54,280 bases of DNA from Girardia tigrina (lineage: Eukaryota): the NCBI GenBank assembly GCA_001938485.1, contig MQRK01218062.1, positions 137,688 through 191,967 on the forward strand, written 5' to 3'. The notes below the pieces were generated by a model. It searched no databases. It saw nothing but the letters and a program-made list of their open reading frames with translations, and was not told the DNA's origin. The number at the start of each line of letters is the position of its first letter. The first letter of the stretch is position 1. Of the stretch, positions 12,593 to 23,685 are shown one piece after another. The position numbers were made by a program, and so were the translations under genes.

Positions 12593-12844
12593 ATGCTCAC
12601 GCAACATGATCGCACATATCTCCCGAAATTACATATCAAATTGACTCAACCCGATCAACGGCTCTTGAAGCATTTCTCAAACGATTCCGCAATCGATTGT
12701 CTGCCGCCACCGTGCACCAAGCCAGTCGCCAGTGGCAATTATCTGACAATTTTGGCCGAGAAAGTGCAGAGAAACTGGGCGGAAAAGAAAGAGAACGAAT
12801 CGAAAGAAATGGACGATTCGCTGACGAATTTGAATTGGTTGAAT
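12593..12844 (+). CDS. FOXJ1: Forkhead box J1, first coding exon
   Basis: Ends in MDDSLTNLNWLN (the FoxJ1 N-terminal DDSLTxLxWL motif), then a GTGAGT donor in phase 0, compatible with the exon at 19963. Confidence 0.82.
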
Positions 12845-13252
12845 GTGAGTATCGATTATCGATTTTCTGTCATTACTTGTTGTTAAAATTAATATTTATT
12901 TTAATATGGTACATTTATCAGCGATTTTCTGTTTATTTTGTATTAATAATCGATTTTTTATCTTTTTTAATTGATTAATTGTAAAAATATCGATTGAAAT
13001 AACACAATAAATTGTGCATGAATACTGATTGCTATTTACATTCACAAGATGCGTCTTTATGGAGAGATAGATCGCGATATTGAGGATACATTGGACAAAT
13101 TATGTACGCAAACACGCGTTGAAATGGATCGAATGAAGAAATCATCGAGAAGCATCAACAAAGAATCCAAATTCCATATTCTGAAGGATCGGAAGCAGTT
13201 AAAAAGAGTATTTACCGAATTATCAGTAGTGTCAAAGTGGTTTCAATTATTA

Positions 13253-14415
13253 TTAGGTTGTTCGATATGAAACGGGTCAAAATTAAAGTAAAATGTAAAT
13301 CGATTTTTTTAAATAATAACATTTTATTTTTAATCAAAATATCCCCCCATGTTGTCAACACACNNNNNNNNNNNNNNNNNNNNNNNNNNNNNNNNNNNNN
13401 NNNNNNNNNNNNNNNNNNNNNNNNNNNNNNNNNNNNNNNNNNNNNNNNNNNNNNNNNNNNNNNNNNNNNNNNNNNNNNNNNNNNNNNNNNNNNNNNNNNN
13501 NNNNNNNNNNNNNNNNNNNNNNNNNNNNNNNNNNNNNNNNNNNNNNNNNNNNNNNNNNNNNNNNNNNNNNNNNNNNNNNNNNNNNNNNNNNNNNNNNNNN
13601 NNNNNNNNNNNNNNNNNNNNNNNNNNNNNNNNNNNNNNNNNNNNNNNNNNNNNNNNNNNNNNNNNNNNNNNNNNNNNNNNNNNNNNNNNNNNNNNNNNNN
13701 NNNNNNNNNNNNNNNNNNNNNNNNNNNNNNNNNNNNNNNNNNNNNNNNNNNNNNNNNNNNNNNNNNNNNNNNNNNNNNNNNNNNNNNNNNNNNNNNNNNN
13801 NNNNNNNNNNNNNNNNNNNNNNNNNNNNNNNNNNNNNNNNNNNNNNNNNNNNNNNNNNNNNNNNNNNNNNNNNNNNNNNNNNNNNNNNNNNNNNNNNNNN
13901 NNNNNNNNNNNNNNNNNNNNNNNNNNNNNNNNNNNNNNNNNNNNNNNNNNNNNNNNNNNNNNNNNNNNNNNNNNNNNNNNNNNNNNNNNNNNNNNNNNNN
14001 NNNNNNNNNNNNNNNNNNNNNNNNNNNNNNNNNNNNNNNNNNNNNNNNNNNNNNNNNNNNNNNNNNNNNNNNNNNNNNNNNNNNNNNNNNNNNNNNNNNN
14101 NNNNNNNNNNNNNNNNNNNNNNNNNNNNNNNNNNNNNNNNNNNNNNNNNNNNNNNNNNNNNNNNNNNNNNNNNNNNNNNNNNNNNNNNNNNNNNNNNNNN
14201 NNNNNNNNNNNNNNNNNNNNNNNNNNNNNNNNNNNNNNNNNNNNNNNNNNNNNNNNNNNNNNNNNNNNNNNNNNNNNNNNNNNNNNNNNNNNNNNNNNNN
14301 NNNNATATCTGTCAAGAAATACCTTATTTATTTTCATACGATAGTTCAAAGTTAAGTTATACGCGATTGAAATGTAAGGTGTGAAGTTTGACCCGTTTCA
14401 TATCGAACAACCTAA
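13253..14415. mobile_element. Mariner element (interior lies in an assembly gap)
   Basis: Perfect TIRs TTAGGTTGTTCGATATGAAACGGGTCAAA with TA on both sides; about 1.16 kb including Ns. Confidence 0.88.
13364..14304. other. Assembly gap (others at 18037-18159, 21277-21464, 29685-29776, 36761-37229, 42802-42872)
   Basis: N runs, either adjoining (AT)n tracts or inside mariners. Confidence 1.
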
Positions 14416-14717
14416 TACATCCAAAGTTCAAAGTTTCCTCTCGAATAAATCGAAAACGAATTGTGGATTGCCAGCAAGTCTGGTTTACAAATTGAATTGT
14501 CGCGGATGCAAAAACTCGTACTGTGAGGAATATTTTTGAATGGTGTTTATTGTGTGTTGTTTGGTATGTTGTTTTAGGATCGTGTTTCTCCCACCCAGAT
14601 GGAAGATTGATATCTTAAATATTTTAAAACGTCGAGTTGTTTAATCAATTATTAAAAGTTAAACAAAAATTTTAAAATAATGTAAAAAAAGGCCATTTTG
14701 AATATTAAATTTATTCC

Positions 14718-14760
14718 CAATACAAACGCGTTTCACCACTTCGGCATCTTCAGTGCAATG
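14718..14760 (-). ncRNA. Minimal type I hammerhead ribozyme (PLE-associated)
   Basis: cattgca CTGAAGA t gcc gaagt ggt GAAA CGCG TT tgtattg: complete core, palindromic stem III, stem I pairing. Confidence 0.75.
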
Positions 14761-15204
14761 AAATAAAGTGATTAATTGCAATTTATATAGTTGAAAAACT
14801 ATTACATCATACGTCTCAAAAACATGCTTTTTTTTCTTCTTTAAAAAAAAAGAAAAGTGTTTTAAATCATATGAGACTCATAAATGAAAATAATCTATAC
14901 CAACTATACTCAATAGCAATAATCTTACTTTATGTAATTCATTACGTATCACTTTCAAATTCGATCGTTCTTTCTCTATATATCTTCTTAGAAGTTTCTA
15001 CTTCATTTTCAAGCTTTCGCCATCTAAGAACATTTCATGCATTCGAACGTTGTTAATAAATTTCGGTAACATATTTTCTTCTTTACACGATATCAAAAAA
15101 TTGATATCCATGCTCTTTTTTTTAAAGAAGAAAAAAAGCATGTTTTTGAGACGTATGATGTAATAGTTTTTCAACTATATAAATAGCAATTAATCACTTT
15201 ATTT

Positions 15205-15247
15205 CATTGCACTGAAGATGCCGAAATGGTGAAACGCGTACGTATTG
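15205..15247 (+). ncRNA. Minimal type I hammerhead ribozyme (PLE-associated)
   Basis: cattgca CTGAAGA t gcc gaaat ggt GAAA CGCG TA cgtattg: core intact, first stem I pair mismatched. Confidence 0.72.
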
Positions 15248-16274
15248 TGAATAAATTTAATATTCAAAAATGGCCTTTCTTTTCATTATTATTAAAAATG
15301 CCATTATCAGTTCTAGATAAAAAATTTTAAAATTAAATTAATATTTCATAAATAATATTTTAATAATAATTTTCTTAAAATAAATAAAAATTATTTTAAA
15401 TTTTAATTATAAATAATTTTTGTAATAATTAAATTATAATTTAAATTTGTTTGAATAATAAGACGTTAGAGAATATTATCAAAGATTATCAATCAAGAAC
15501 GATGACGAGCTACGCAAGTTTTACGGAGAATTGTTCCAGTGGCAATTCAGATTGTGATAATAATAAATGTAAAGGAAACTCAATTAATGTTCTTAATATG
15601 GCGACCACGTGACTCCGAACATTAGAGGTCCAGAAATATTCGACGGATCTGAGTCAAAAGTTGAGGAATTTCTAAAGAGCTTTGGCAGATATGCGAAGAT
15701 CATGGGATTCTCAGAAGAAAGAAGAGTCTTGCTGGTGACAGCATTTATGACTCCGGAAGCAATAAACAAATACAAGAATGCACAGGGAGATACATGGTAT
15801 TGGGTTCGTGATTAAAATTGGAGTCATAATTTTGTAAACTTTATTTCTACTACAATTTTCATTACTCAAACAAATTTATGAGGAACAATATTTTAATTAC
15901 ATAATCCAGATCTCAAAATTCTAAATATAAATAATAATATCGATTTAATATATAAATATGTTATTTTATTCAATTTTAATTTTTTTTGATTTTAAATCAT
16001 TCGAATATAAATCATTTCTTTTTTATTTGTTTTTAATAAAATTGCAAAAATAACTTAGAAATTTAAAATACCAAAAATATTTAACAATATTTAAATTTAT
16101 TATTATTTAATAGAGATTCATTAATTATACAATTTTTAATATATATATCTATATTTTATCTATTATTTATCGAATTTTAATTTGCAGAATTTCCAACTGC
16201 CTTTTAACTTTAAATTATCTTTTTTTATTACATCTCTGACAACAAAAATTTTAACAAAAAATTCTTCCGAATTT

Positions 16275-16471
16275 AAGTTTGGTTGGCGGAATTCTTCGAG
16301 TCAAGACCGGGCAATTTCTACCAAAGAGGCATTGAAAAACTCGTTGAACGTTGGGAATAAGTCGTGAACAATGGCGGCGATTATATTTGTGATTAATGTC
16401 TAGTAACTTTTTTGTTAAAAAATAAAATTTTAATTTTTCAAAAAGCGGCGGGAACTTATTCTTCAACCCAA
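16275..16471 (+). mobile_element. 3' end fragment of a mariner, same family as 39378-40583
   Basis: Close match to about 40388-40583, including the TIR ...GGGAACTTATTCTTCAACCCAA|TA. Confidence 0.88.
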
Positions 16472-16812
16472 TAGTAAATCAAAACGGTGTTACTACACTT
16501 AATACCGTCACACTTAATGAGAAGCACTTAATCGCGTTTTTGTTATCACAATTGTTAATTTTTGATATAAAATTTTTATTTTTTTGAAATACAATTTGTG
16601 GAGAAATAGTAATCGGTTTTAATTGTGGTTGTTTTACTGAAGAGGAAAAAGGCGGCGGATTCAATCGAGTGAAATTTTGATTTAAAAATAAATCTTCTTG
16701 TTTCGATTTCACTTCTCAAGCTATCGCGACCATGAACCGGATTAAATTTACCGACGCAGTCCGAACGTCTGATGGCTGCAGCGATTTCGCGATTCGGTGT
16801 CGCAAGTTCGAA
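16472..16812 (+). repeat. Copy of the 5' region and gag start of the second gypsy element, without the pogo
   Basis: Reverse complement of 10377-10599 joined to 11896-12016; ATG AAC CGG ATT AAA gag start. Confidence 0.88.
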
Positions 16813-17677
16813 CCTTACTCGAATTCTTAAAATAAATGAAAAACAATTAAAATTCAATTATCTATGATATTAACTTTTTTAAAATTAATTAAGATATTTT
16901 TTACTAATAACTGTTTAAAACTTTTGATTTTATTTTAGAGATTATTTATAGCAATTAATTATTTCCAAAAATTTAAAGAATGAGCTTGTTCTTCTTTTAA
17001 GAATTTAAAAGGTTTTTATTTTAAAGAATTATTTCATTTTAATTAATCGAACATTAGTTTTAATTTACTTAAAATACAAATATGATTTTTAAAAATATCA
17101 AAAATTTAAAGTTCACCAAAAGTAACCCCAACACATGGGAAACAAAAATGAGATCTGCATTCACCAGAGAAAAGAACATTCTGGAGATAATGAGGGAACT
17201 TGTTGAAATAAAAGCTGGATCAAACGACCCCTCGACCGTATTCCGGAAAATAGACGAACTAGTTGGAAAACTAGTAGAAAAGAAATTAGTGAAGAAAGAG
17301 ATATCAGGCTTAACGCTGTAGATGATAGAGAAGGGAAGAGAGAAATAGCTTTGAGAGGTATCTCGAAAGCTGAGGATATCGAATGTATATACGAAATCGA
17401 ATCAAAGAGTAAAGATATAAGGGTGGACATGTACACCACAAAAAGAGATAACGAATTGAGAACAGTCGAACATAAGAGACGACAGCCAAGACTACAAAAC
17501 GAAGAAAGAATAATAGGAGAAAGAAAGAGGCTACTGCGCATGCATGCCTGGTGACAGAGAAACAAAACATGTTCCGTATGTGTTCTGAACCTTATCAACG
17601 AAACATAGCTAAATGTCTTTACTTTTACAGCCATTTTTATTAACTGGGCACGAATGTTCCCGTTCGGCGTTAATAGG

Positions 17678-18504
17678 TTAATTAAAATGAAATGATTCTT
17701 TAAAATAAAAACCTTTTAAATTCTTAAAAAAAAGAACAAGCTCATTCTTTAAATTTTTGGAAATAATTAATTGTTATAAATAATCTCTAAAATAAAATCA
17801 AAAGTTTTTGAACAGTTATTAGTAAAAAAAATCTTAATTAATTTTAAAAAAGTTAATATCATAAATAATTGAATTTTAATTGTTTTGCATTTATTTTAAG
17901 AGTTATTCGGAAGAATTTTTTGTTAAAATTTTTGTTGTCAGAGATGTTATAAAAAAAGATAATATAAAGTTAAAAGGCAGTTGGAAATTCTGCAAATTAA
18001 AATTCGATAAATAATAGATAAAATATATATATATATNNNNNNNNNNNNNNNNNNNNNNNNNNNNNNNNNNNNNNNNNNNNNNNNNNNNNNNNNNNNNNNN
18101 NNNNNNNNNNNNNNNNNNNNNNNNNNNNNNNNNNNNNNNNNNNNNNNNNNNNNNNNNNNATATATATTAAAAATTTTATAATTAATGAATCTCTTAAATA
18201 ATAATAAATTTAAATATTGCTAAATACTTTTTGTATTTTAAATTTCTAAGTTATTTTTGCGATTTTATTAAAAACAAATAAAAAAAGAAATAATTTATAT
18301 TCGAATGATTTAAAATAAAAAAAATTAAAATTGAATAAAATAACATATTTATATATTTATCGATATTATTATTTATATTTAGAATTTTGAGATCTGAATT
18401 ATGTAATTAAAATATTGTTCCTCATAAATTTGTTTCAATAATGAAAATTGTAGTAGAAATAAAGTTTACAAAATTATGAATTTCAATTTTAATCACGAAC
18501 CTAA
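17678..18504 (+). mobile_element. Non-autonomous repeat copy B (inverted relative to copy A)
   Basis: Ends ...AATCACGAACCTAA|TA; colinear with copy C; contains an N gap. Confidence 0.8.
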
Positions 18505-18974
18505 TACTACAAATTCATCCAAATTTTTTAAATTACTTGAACTCACGCGAAAGGTATAAAATATCCCAAAATATGAATTGGTCAAAATTTGATGGTTGTT
18601 ACAAGAACACAGACCGTGATGACAGAATGGTAGCGGTAAACAATGTTGAGTTTATTTTCTCGCCATTTAAAGTTTTGATGAGTCGAATCGATTGTTAGAC
18701 AAAACAACCGGCTACCAAGCCATATTCCCGCTCAACGACGAAATCTTTCACATTAAACACGAATCAATCTGAAAATGCAAACTTTCTAAATTCGAAAAAG
18801 AATTTAAGCGAATTTAGAAATAGATACATAATTAAATGTATTGAGTCTGTGATTTATTGTTTAGCATCGACCGGATGTTTTTTTAATAAATGTTACGAGC
18901 ACCAGATCTGGTACACTTAGATAAATACATGGTTTTCTCTGAATAGCGTTCGATCAGTCCTTTTAATTTATTTA

Positions 18975-19677
18975 CAGGCATACCTCGATTAACGCTCATA
19001 TTGCGTTCCTGAAAATTGAGCGTTTACAGAAACAGCGTTAAAAGAGGTGCTATTTACACTAAAATATGGGGTTACGTTCCTAACCTATTTTTTCTTGGCA
19101 GATAATGAAGTTGTTGTACAAATGGATTTCTTAACGTTATCGGAATTTTTAAGAATGGTTCTAATGGTTGATCCAGCCAACCCTAGGCTGGAAGACACTT
19201 CGGACTGCCGTTCACCGTTCTCGATTCGCCTAATAACATTCATTTTCATCTCCAACGTCAAGCTTTTTCTAGATTGTTTAGCAACATGTGTCTGTGGTTC
19301 ACCAGTTCTTTTCTTGGCCATATTTTTATAAGCAATTGATTTTTTTTTATTTAATGATTTTTATTTATTTAAACAAAATTTAATCAAAATTAGGTCTATA
19401 TCAAACCATATCACTATTTCGAATGAACAATTTAATACAAAATTTCACATTTGGGGATTCCTCGAATTATATTTAATTATTTTTGATATTTTTTTTCTTT
19501 TCAAAAACGAATTCCATGAATTATAAATTTAGTAAATAGTAACAATTTTCATATGAAATTAGAAAAAGAAAACCTTTTAAAAAATATTTTGAAGTTAAAA
19601 TTATTTTTTTTCATAAAATCAAAAGAGCGCTATAAAGAAACAGCGCTAAAAGAGGTAGCGTTAATCGAGGTATATTG
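18975..19677 (-). mobile_element. Tigger/pogo-type internally deleted element retaining the N-terminal HTH (19085-19321)
   Basis: TA|CAGGCATACCTCGATTAACGC ... GCGTTAATCGAGGTATATTG TIRs; RKSLTLEMKMNVIRRIENGERQSEVSSSLGLAGSTIRTILKN. Confidence 0.88.
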
Positions 19678-19962
19678 ATAGAATTGAGTGGATCACATTC
19701 ATAGTTAAATCCTTCGTCATAGAGCTTAACTATTGTTTACTGGTCGATTGTAATTATTATCATGTTTCTTTTTGCACGTAAAGTACGGAATGATAGAGAC
19801 AACATTTCGTCTTCAATAATGACAATTGATAATTGTCAATGGTTGGTTAATGAGAATTGAATTCATAGTGATTTGCGTGTTCTTTTTGATCTTGTACAAT
19901 ATTTTTAATTTTTTTAATGTATTTAAATAAACATCTCAACCCTTTGGATTGATTACTTTCAG

Positions 19963-20352
19963 AATGTCCCAAGTATTCTCGGTCCAGAATCTCCGTCTCA
20001 TTCACCGATTCAGTTGCTCAATCAAACCAATTCTCAGTTTCTGCCTAACATAGACAGATCAAATCACAATGAGATTATCATTTCGAAGATAACAGATTTA
20101 TCGAATAATTTTTCTTCGAATCCTTCGTTCACTCATCATCTCGATTGCGCATTGAAAGATGGCGGACTGTTGGATCCCTTAGTCCGGTACGATTACAAGG
20201 TGAACTGGTCCGGGAAACCGCCTTTCTCATACGCAACGTTAATTTGCATGGCGATGCGAGAATTGAACAAATCAAAGATTACACTATCAGACATTTATGG
20301 TTGGATAACCGAGAATTTTATCTACTACCGATTATCTGACTCCAGTTGGCAG
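19963..20352 (+). CDS. FOXJ1: Forkhead box J1, exon encoding the first half of the forkhead domain
   Basis: TTTCAG acceptor; [54 protein letters not shown], then a GTGAGA donor at WQ|NS; ATLICMAM is typical of FoxJ1. Confidence 0.92.
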
Positions 20353-20397
20353 GTGAGATTGTGCTTATTGTCGTTGGCTTGCATTTTAGCCCGTTAA

Positions 20398-20400
20398 ATA

Positions 20401-20477
<77 letters not shown>

Positions 20478-20928
20478 TGTGAGGAATATTTGTACTGTGG
20501 ATGTTTTTGTGTAGTGTTTACATGGTTAAATGTTGTGTGTTGATTTGAGATTGTGCCTCTCCTAACCAGATGGATTATCAATATTTAATTTCTTATAATC
20601 TAATTATTTATTTAAATTTAGATTTAATATTAAAATTTTTAATTTTTATTATTGCAACTTTTAAATAATTTTATTGATTTTAATTTTTAAATAATTAAAA
20701 TCAAATTAATGTTTAAAAATGACTGTAAAAATATTTTATTTCAGTCAATAAAATTTAAATTAAATATTTTTGAATAAAATAATCTTATCAAGTATAGTTC
20801 ACATTATAATGGGAGATATTGAAAATTGATTGATGGATCTAAGTGAAAGCAATAATATTGATCATCATAAAGATGATAAGAAATGTGAATGTAATAAATG
20901 TTCTGTCAAATGTGTGAGTTCTCTTAAC

Positions 20929-20959
<31 letters not shown>
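20398..20959. repeat. (AAT)n microsatellite split by a solo LTR and bordered by a mariner
   Basis: AAT arrays at about 20398-20477 and 20930-20959, with a remnant after 22101. Confidence 0.9.
20478..20929 (+). mobile_element. Solo LTR (TGTGAGGAATA family; this copy TG...CA)
   Basis: TGTGAGGAATATT...CTCTTAACA, flanked by ATAAT on both sides; shares the CCT/CCC-ANCCAGATGGA motif with the copies at 3601 and 14522. Confidence 0.8.
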
Positions 20960-22101
20960 TTGGGTTGGCCAAAAAGTCATTGCGTTTTTTACTAAAATAT
21001 TTATTATCAAAAAATGACATGGATGCACAAATATTTTTACACGATATACTGTCCATTATTTTCAATTACTTTCTTCCACCTTTCCGGTAGCTTCATTATT
21101 CCTGATTCATAAAAACCTTTGCCTTTGTCAGTAAAAAAGCCGTCTAGGAATGATTTGATGTCATCATCACTGGCGAATGTTTTTCTGTTTAAGGAATTCT
21201 GCAGTGATCTAAATAAGTGAAAATCCAATGGGGCCAAGTCTGGAGAATACGGTGGGTGCGGCAAAACCTCCCAACCNNNNNNNNNNNNNNNNNNNNNNNN
21301 NNNNNNNNNNNNNNNNNNNNNNNNNNNNNNNNNNNNNNNNNNNNNNNNNNNNNNNNNNNNNNNNNNNNNNNNNNNNNNNNNNNNNNNNNNNNNNNNNNNN
21401 NNNNNNNNNNNNNNNNNNNNNNNNNNNNNNNNNNNNNNNNNNNNNNNNNNNNNNNNNNNNNNNNTTCGTCACCCGTAATCAAGCGCTTCAAAAATGGATC
21501 ACTTTGTTCTCGCTTCAAAAGTGAATCGCAAATGTCTATACGTTTCACCAAATGAATTTCTTTCAGTTCATGTGGTAACCACAGATCGAGTTTACTGACG
21601 AATCAAAGTTTCTTTAAATGACTTCCAACACTTGATATTGATATTTCCAGAGTCTCTGCAACTTCTCTTGTCGTAATATGTGGATTAGATCAGTGCTGTT
21701 ATTTTGTCGCAATCAACTTCAACTGGTCCACCGGAGCGTGGTGCATCTTTCACATGAAATTTTTCAGAACGAAATTTAGAAAACCAGTATTGACACTGTC
21801 GAAGTTTTAAGGAGTCACTACCATATACAAAACATATCTTCTTATGAGCTTGCACAGCGGTTTTCCCTTTGCGAAAATAATGGAACAAAACTTGACGAAT
21901 ATGCTCATTTTGATTTTCCATTTCGAATTGACGGTAAAGTAATAAATTAAAATAAAATCAATTAATATTTTGTATAAACATAGTCTGAAAATTAAGGTTT
22001 CAGAATATATAATTGAATTTAAATTTTATCACATCGTTTTATATTTTCAAGCTTTTTATTAGGACGTACTCAAAAACGCAATGACTTTTTGGCCAACCCA
22101 A
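20960..22101 (-). mobile_element. Mariner element with degenerate transposase (21921 to 21037)
   Basis: TIRs TTGGGTTGGCCAAAAAGTCATTGCGTTTTT with TA TSD; MENQNEHIR...DAPRSGGP, ITGDE, PHPPYSPDLAPLDFHLF, LPERW. Confidence 0.95.
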
Positions 22102-23685
22102 TAATAACAAGAACAATAATACTCGTAATTATTAATTTCAGTGATTATTATTATGAGGGGTTAATTTAAATTTACATCTCGCCTGAATAATTTATTATTT
22201 TTTTTAATTTAAAAGGTAAAATATTTTAATGTTCATATGTTTATTAAATATTTTAAAATTAAAAATGATATAATAAAACAACTATTAAAAAATCAAATAC
22301 GTATTTAAAAATAAAATATGTTTTTTATGTGTTTTTTTTAAATATTTTAAAAAATTAAAAATGATATTGTAGTATGAATTTCTCCCACTCTTTCTTTCAT
22401 TTATCCTTCATTTCTCTTGTATTGTCTTCTTACGACATGTAATTTTATTTCTGATTTTTTGTATGGTCTCTGCGTCCAAAATTATTTATTTTATTTATGT
22501 TTTTCTTTATTATTTATGTATTTATTTTTTATTTTTCATGTCGAGATTTATATTTGGTTGACCAGCTAATTAATTATGGTTTTTATTTGCAATTATAAAA
22601 TTTTATAAAAACATCGAGATTCAAATAACCCATAGCAATATTGGATATTTGAATTTTGGATTTTGAAATAAATCTCTTCATTGATTTATTTTTCATAATT
22701 ATATTAATTAAAGTATTTTAAAATATAATCATGGAGTTTCAATTTTTGTTAATTTATATAAATTTATAATTGCTGATGTATATTAAATAATTAATTGTTT
22801 AATTGAGAAATTAAATAACAATCCAAACCAGTAATTAAATCGATAAATTATTATTTATTGGCTGTGAAAAAGAATACTTCAACTATTTCTAGCAGCCAAA
22901 AATATTAATATATTATGATAAATATAAGCGTAAAATGGAGTTCAAGTAATGACGATTTGTTTAGAACAATAAATGTTTTGTAAATTGATGATAATGAATT
23001 TTCACCAAATAACTGTTATTATTGCATTATTTATAATGAAATAATCCTTATGCTATAAATTATAAATAATTATAGTAACAATTTTTAGAATAATAAATAA
23101 TTATTACTTTTTCAGAAAGCTCATTATTATTCTGTATTGATTTTCATATTTTAATGCATGATAAATTACGAAATGGAAAAATTTTATTTTAAAAACATTT
23201 GAGTTAGATTTAATTATAGATGAGATTTAAAAATATATTTTGAAATTTTTATATTTAAAAATATAATTTTCCTTCTCAAAAATTGATACTTTAACATTAA
23301 AGGTGATTGTGCCAATGATGTTATTAGAAATTTTTCTTTTGATCCAAAAATGTAATTTATAGTAAATATACAAATAAATTAAAAAAAAATAAAACTGACG
23401 AATGTTATCGAATTTCAAATTGAGACTGAGAATCAGCAAACCACTAGGTCTTTAAATATCTCTTTAACCATGCTATTGATATGGAGCATTTCGAGAACCC
23501 CTAATTTAATTAATTTTTCAATAAATTAATGTAATATGATTTATAACTTAAAACATTACTTCATTATTCTACAAAAATTAATAACCATGTTTTTTATTTA
23601 ACAGCAAATAATTAAAATAATAATAATAAAAATCATATTTATAGCACATTGCAAAACAGTAAAAATTTACAAAATATTTTATGTA

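Larger units (their letters stand above)
13049..14521 (+). mobile_element. Penelope-like element fragment (linker and start of GIY-YIG endonuclease), split by a mariner and cut off by an LTR
   Basis: Removing the mariner and one TA restores QRIQIPYSEGSEAVKKSIYRIISSVKVVSIITSKVQSFLSNKSKTNCGLPASLVYKLNCRGCKNSY. Confidence 0.8.
14669..15299. mobile_element. Penelope-like remnant: inverted pseudo-LTRs (about 185-bp arms) around a GIY-YIG C-terminal remnant
   Basis: 14669-14853 is the near reverse complement of 15114-15299; each arm carries a hammerhead motif; the spacer gives KIIAIE...IYESHMI on the minus strand. Confidence 0.75.
15800..17132 (-). mobile_element. AT-rich non-autonomous repeat with one mariner-like end (copy A), carrying an internal insertion at about 16273-16821
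   Basis: TA|TTGGGTTCGTGATTAAAATT end; reverse complement of copies at 17678-18504 and 35672-36516. Confidence 0.8.
14522..17554 (+). mobile_element. 5' part of an LTR retrotransposon: LTR 14522-15598, primer-binding site (PBS) 15599-15609, interrupted gag
   Basis: LTR TGTGAGGAA...TTCTTAATA followed by TGGCGACCACG (complementary to a tRNA-Arg-type 3' end); gag PEIFDGSESKVEEFLKSF...GDTW resumes as TWETKMRSAF at 17133. Confidence 0.8.

Noticed and set aside
13212-14355. Long ORFs made of X residues (also near 21200, 29600 and 36650)
   Set aside because: Artefacts of N gaps.
17555-17681. Possible piggyBac 3' end (RNKTCSVC...AGG|TTAA)
   Set aside because: Too short, with no partner end.
20318-21090. 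Poly-Asn and poly-Leu ORFs
   Set aside because: Translations of the (AAT)n microsatellite and the solo LTR.
22368-22437. 70-bp TGT...ACA unit with an 11-bp imperfect inverted repeat
   Set aside because: No TSD and no second copy.
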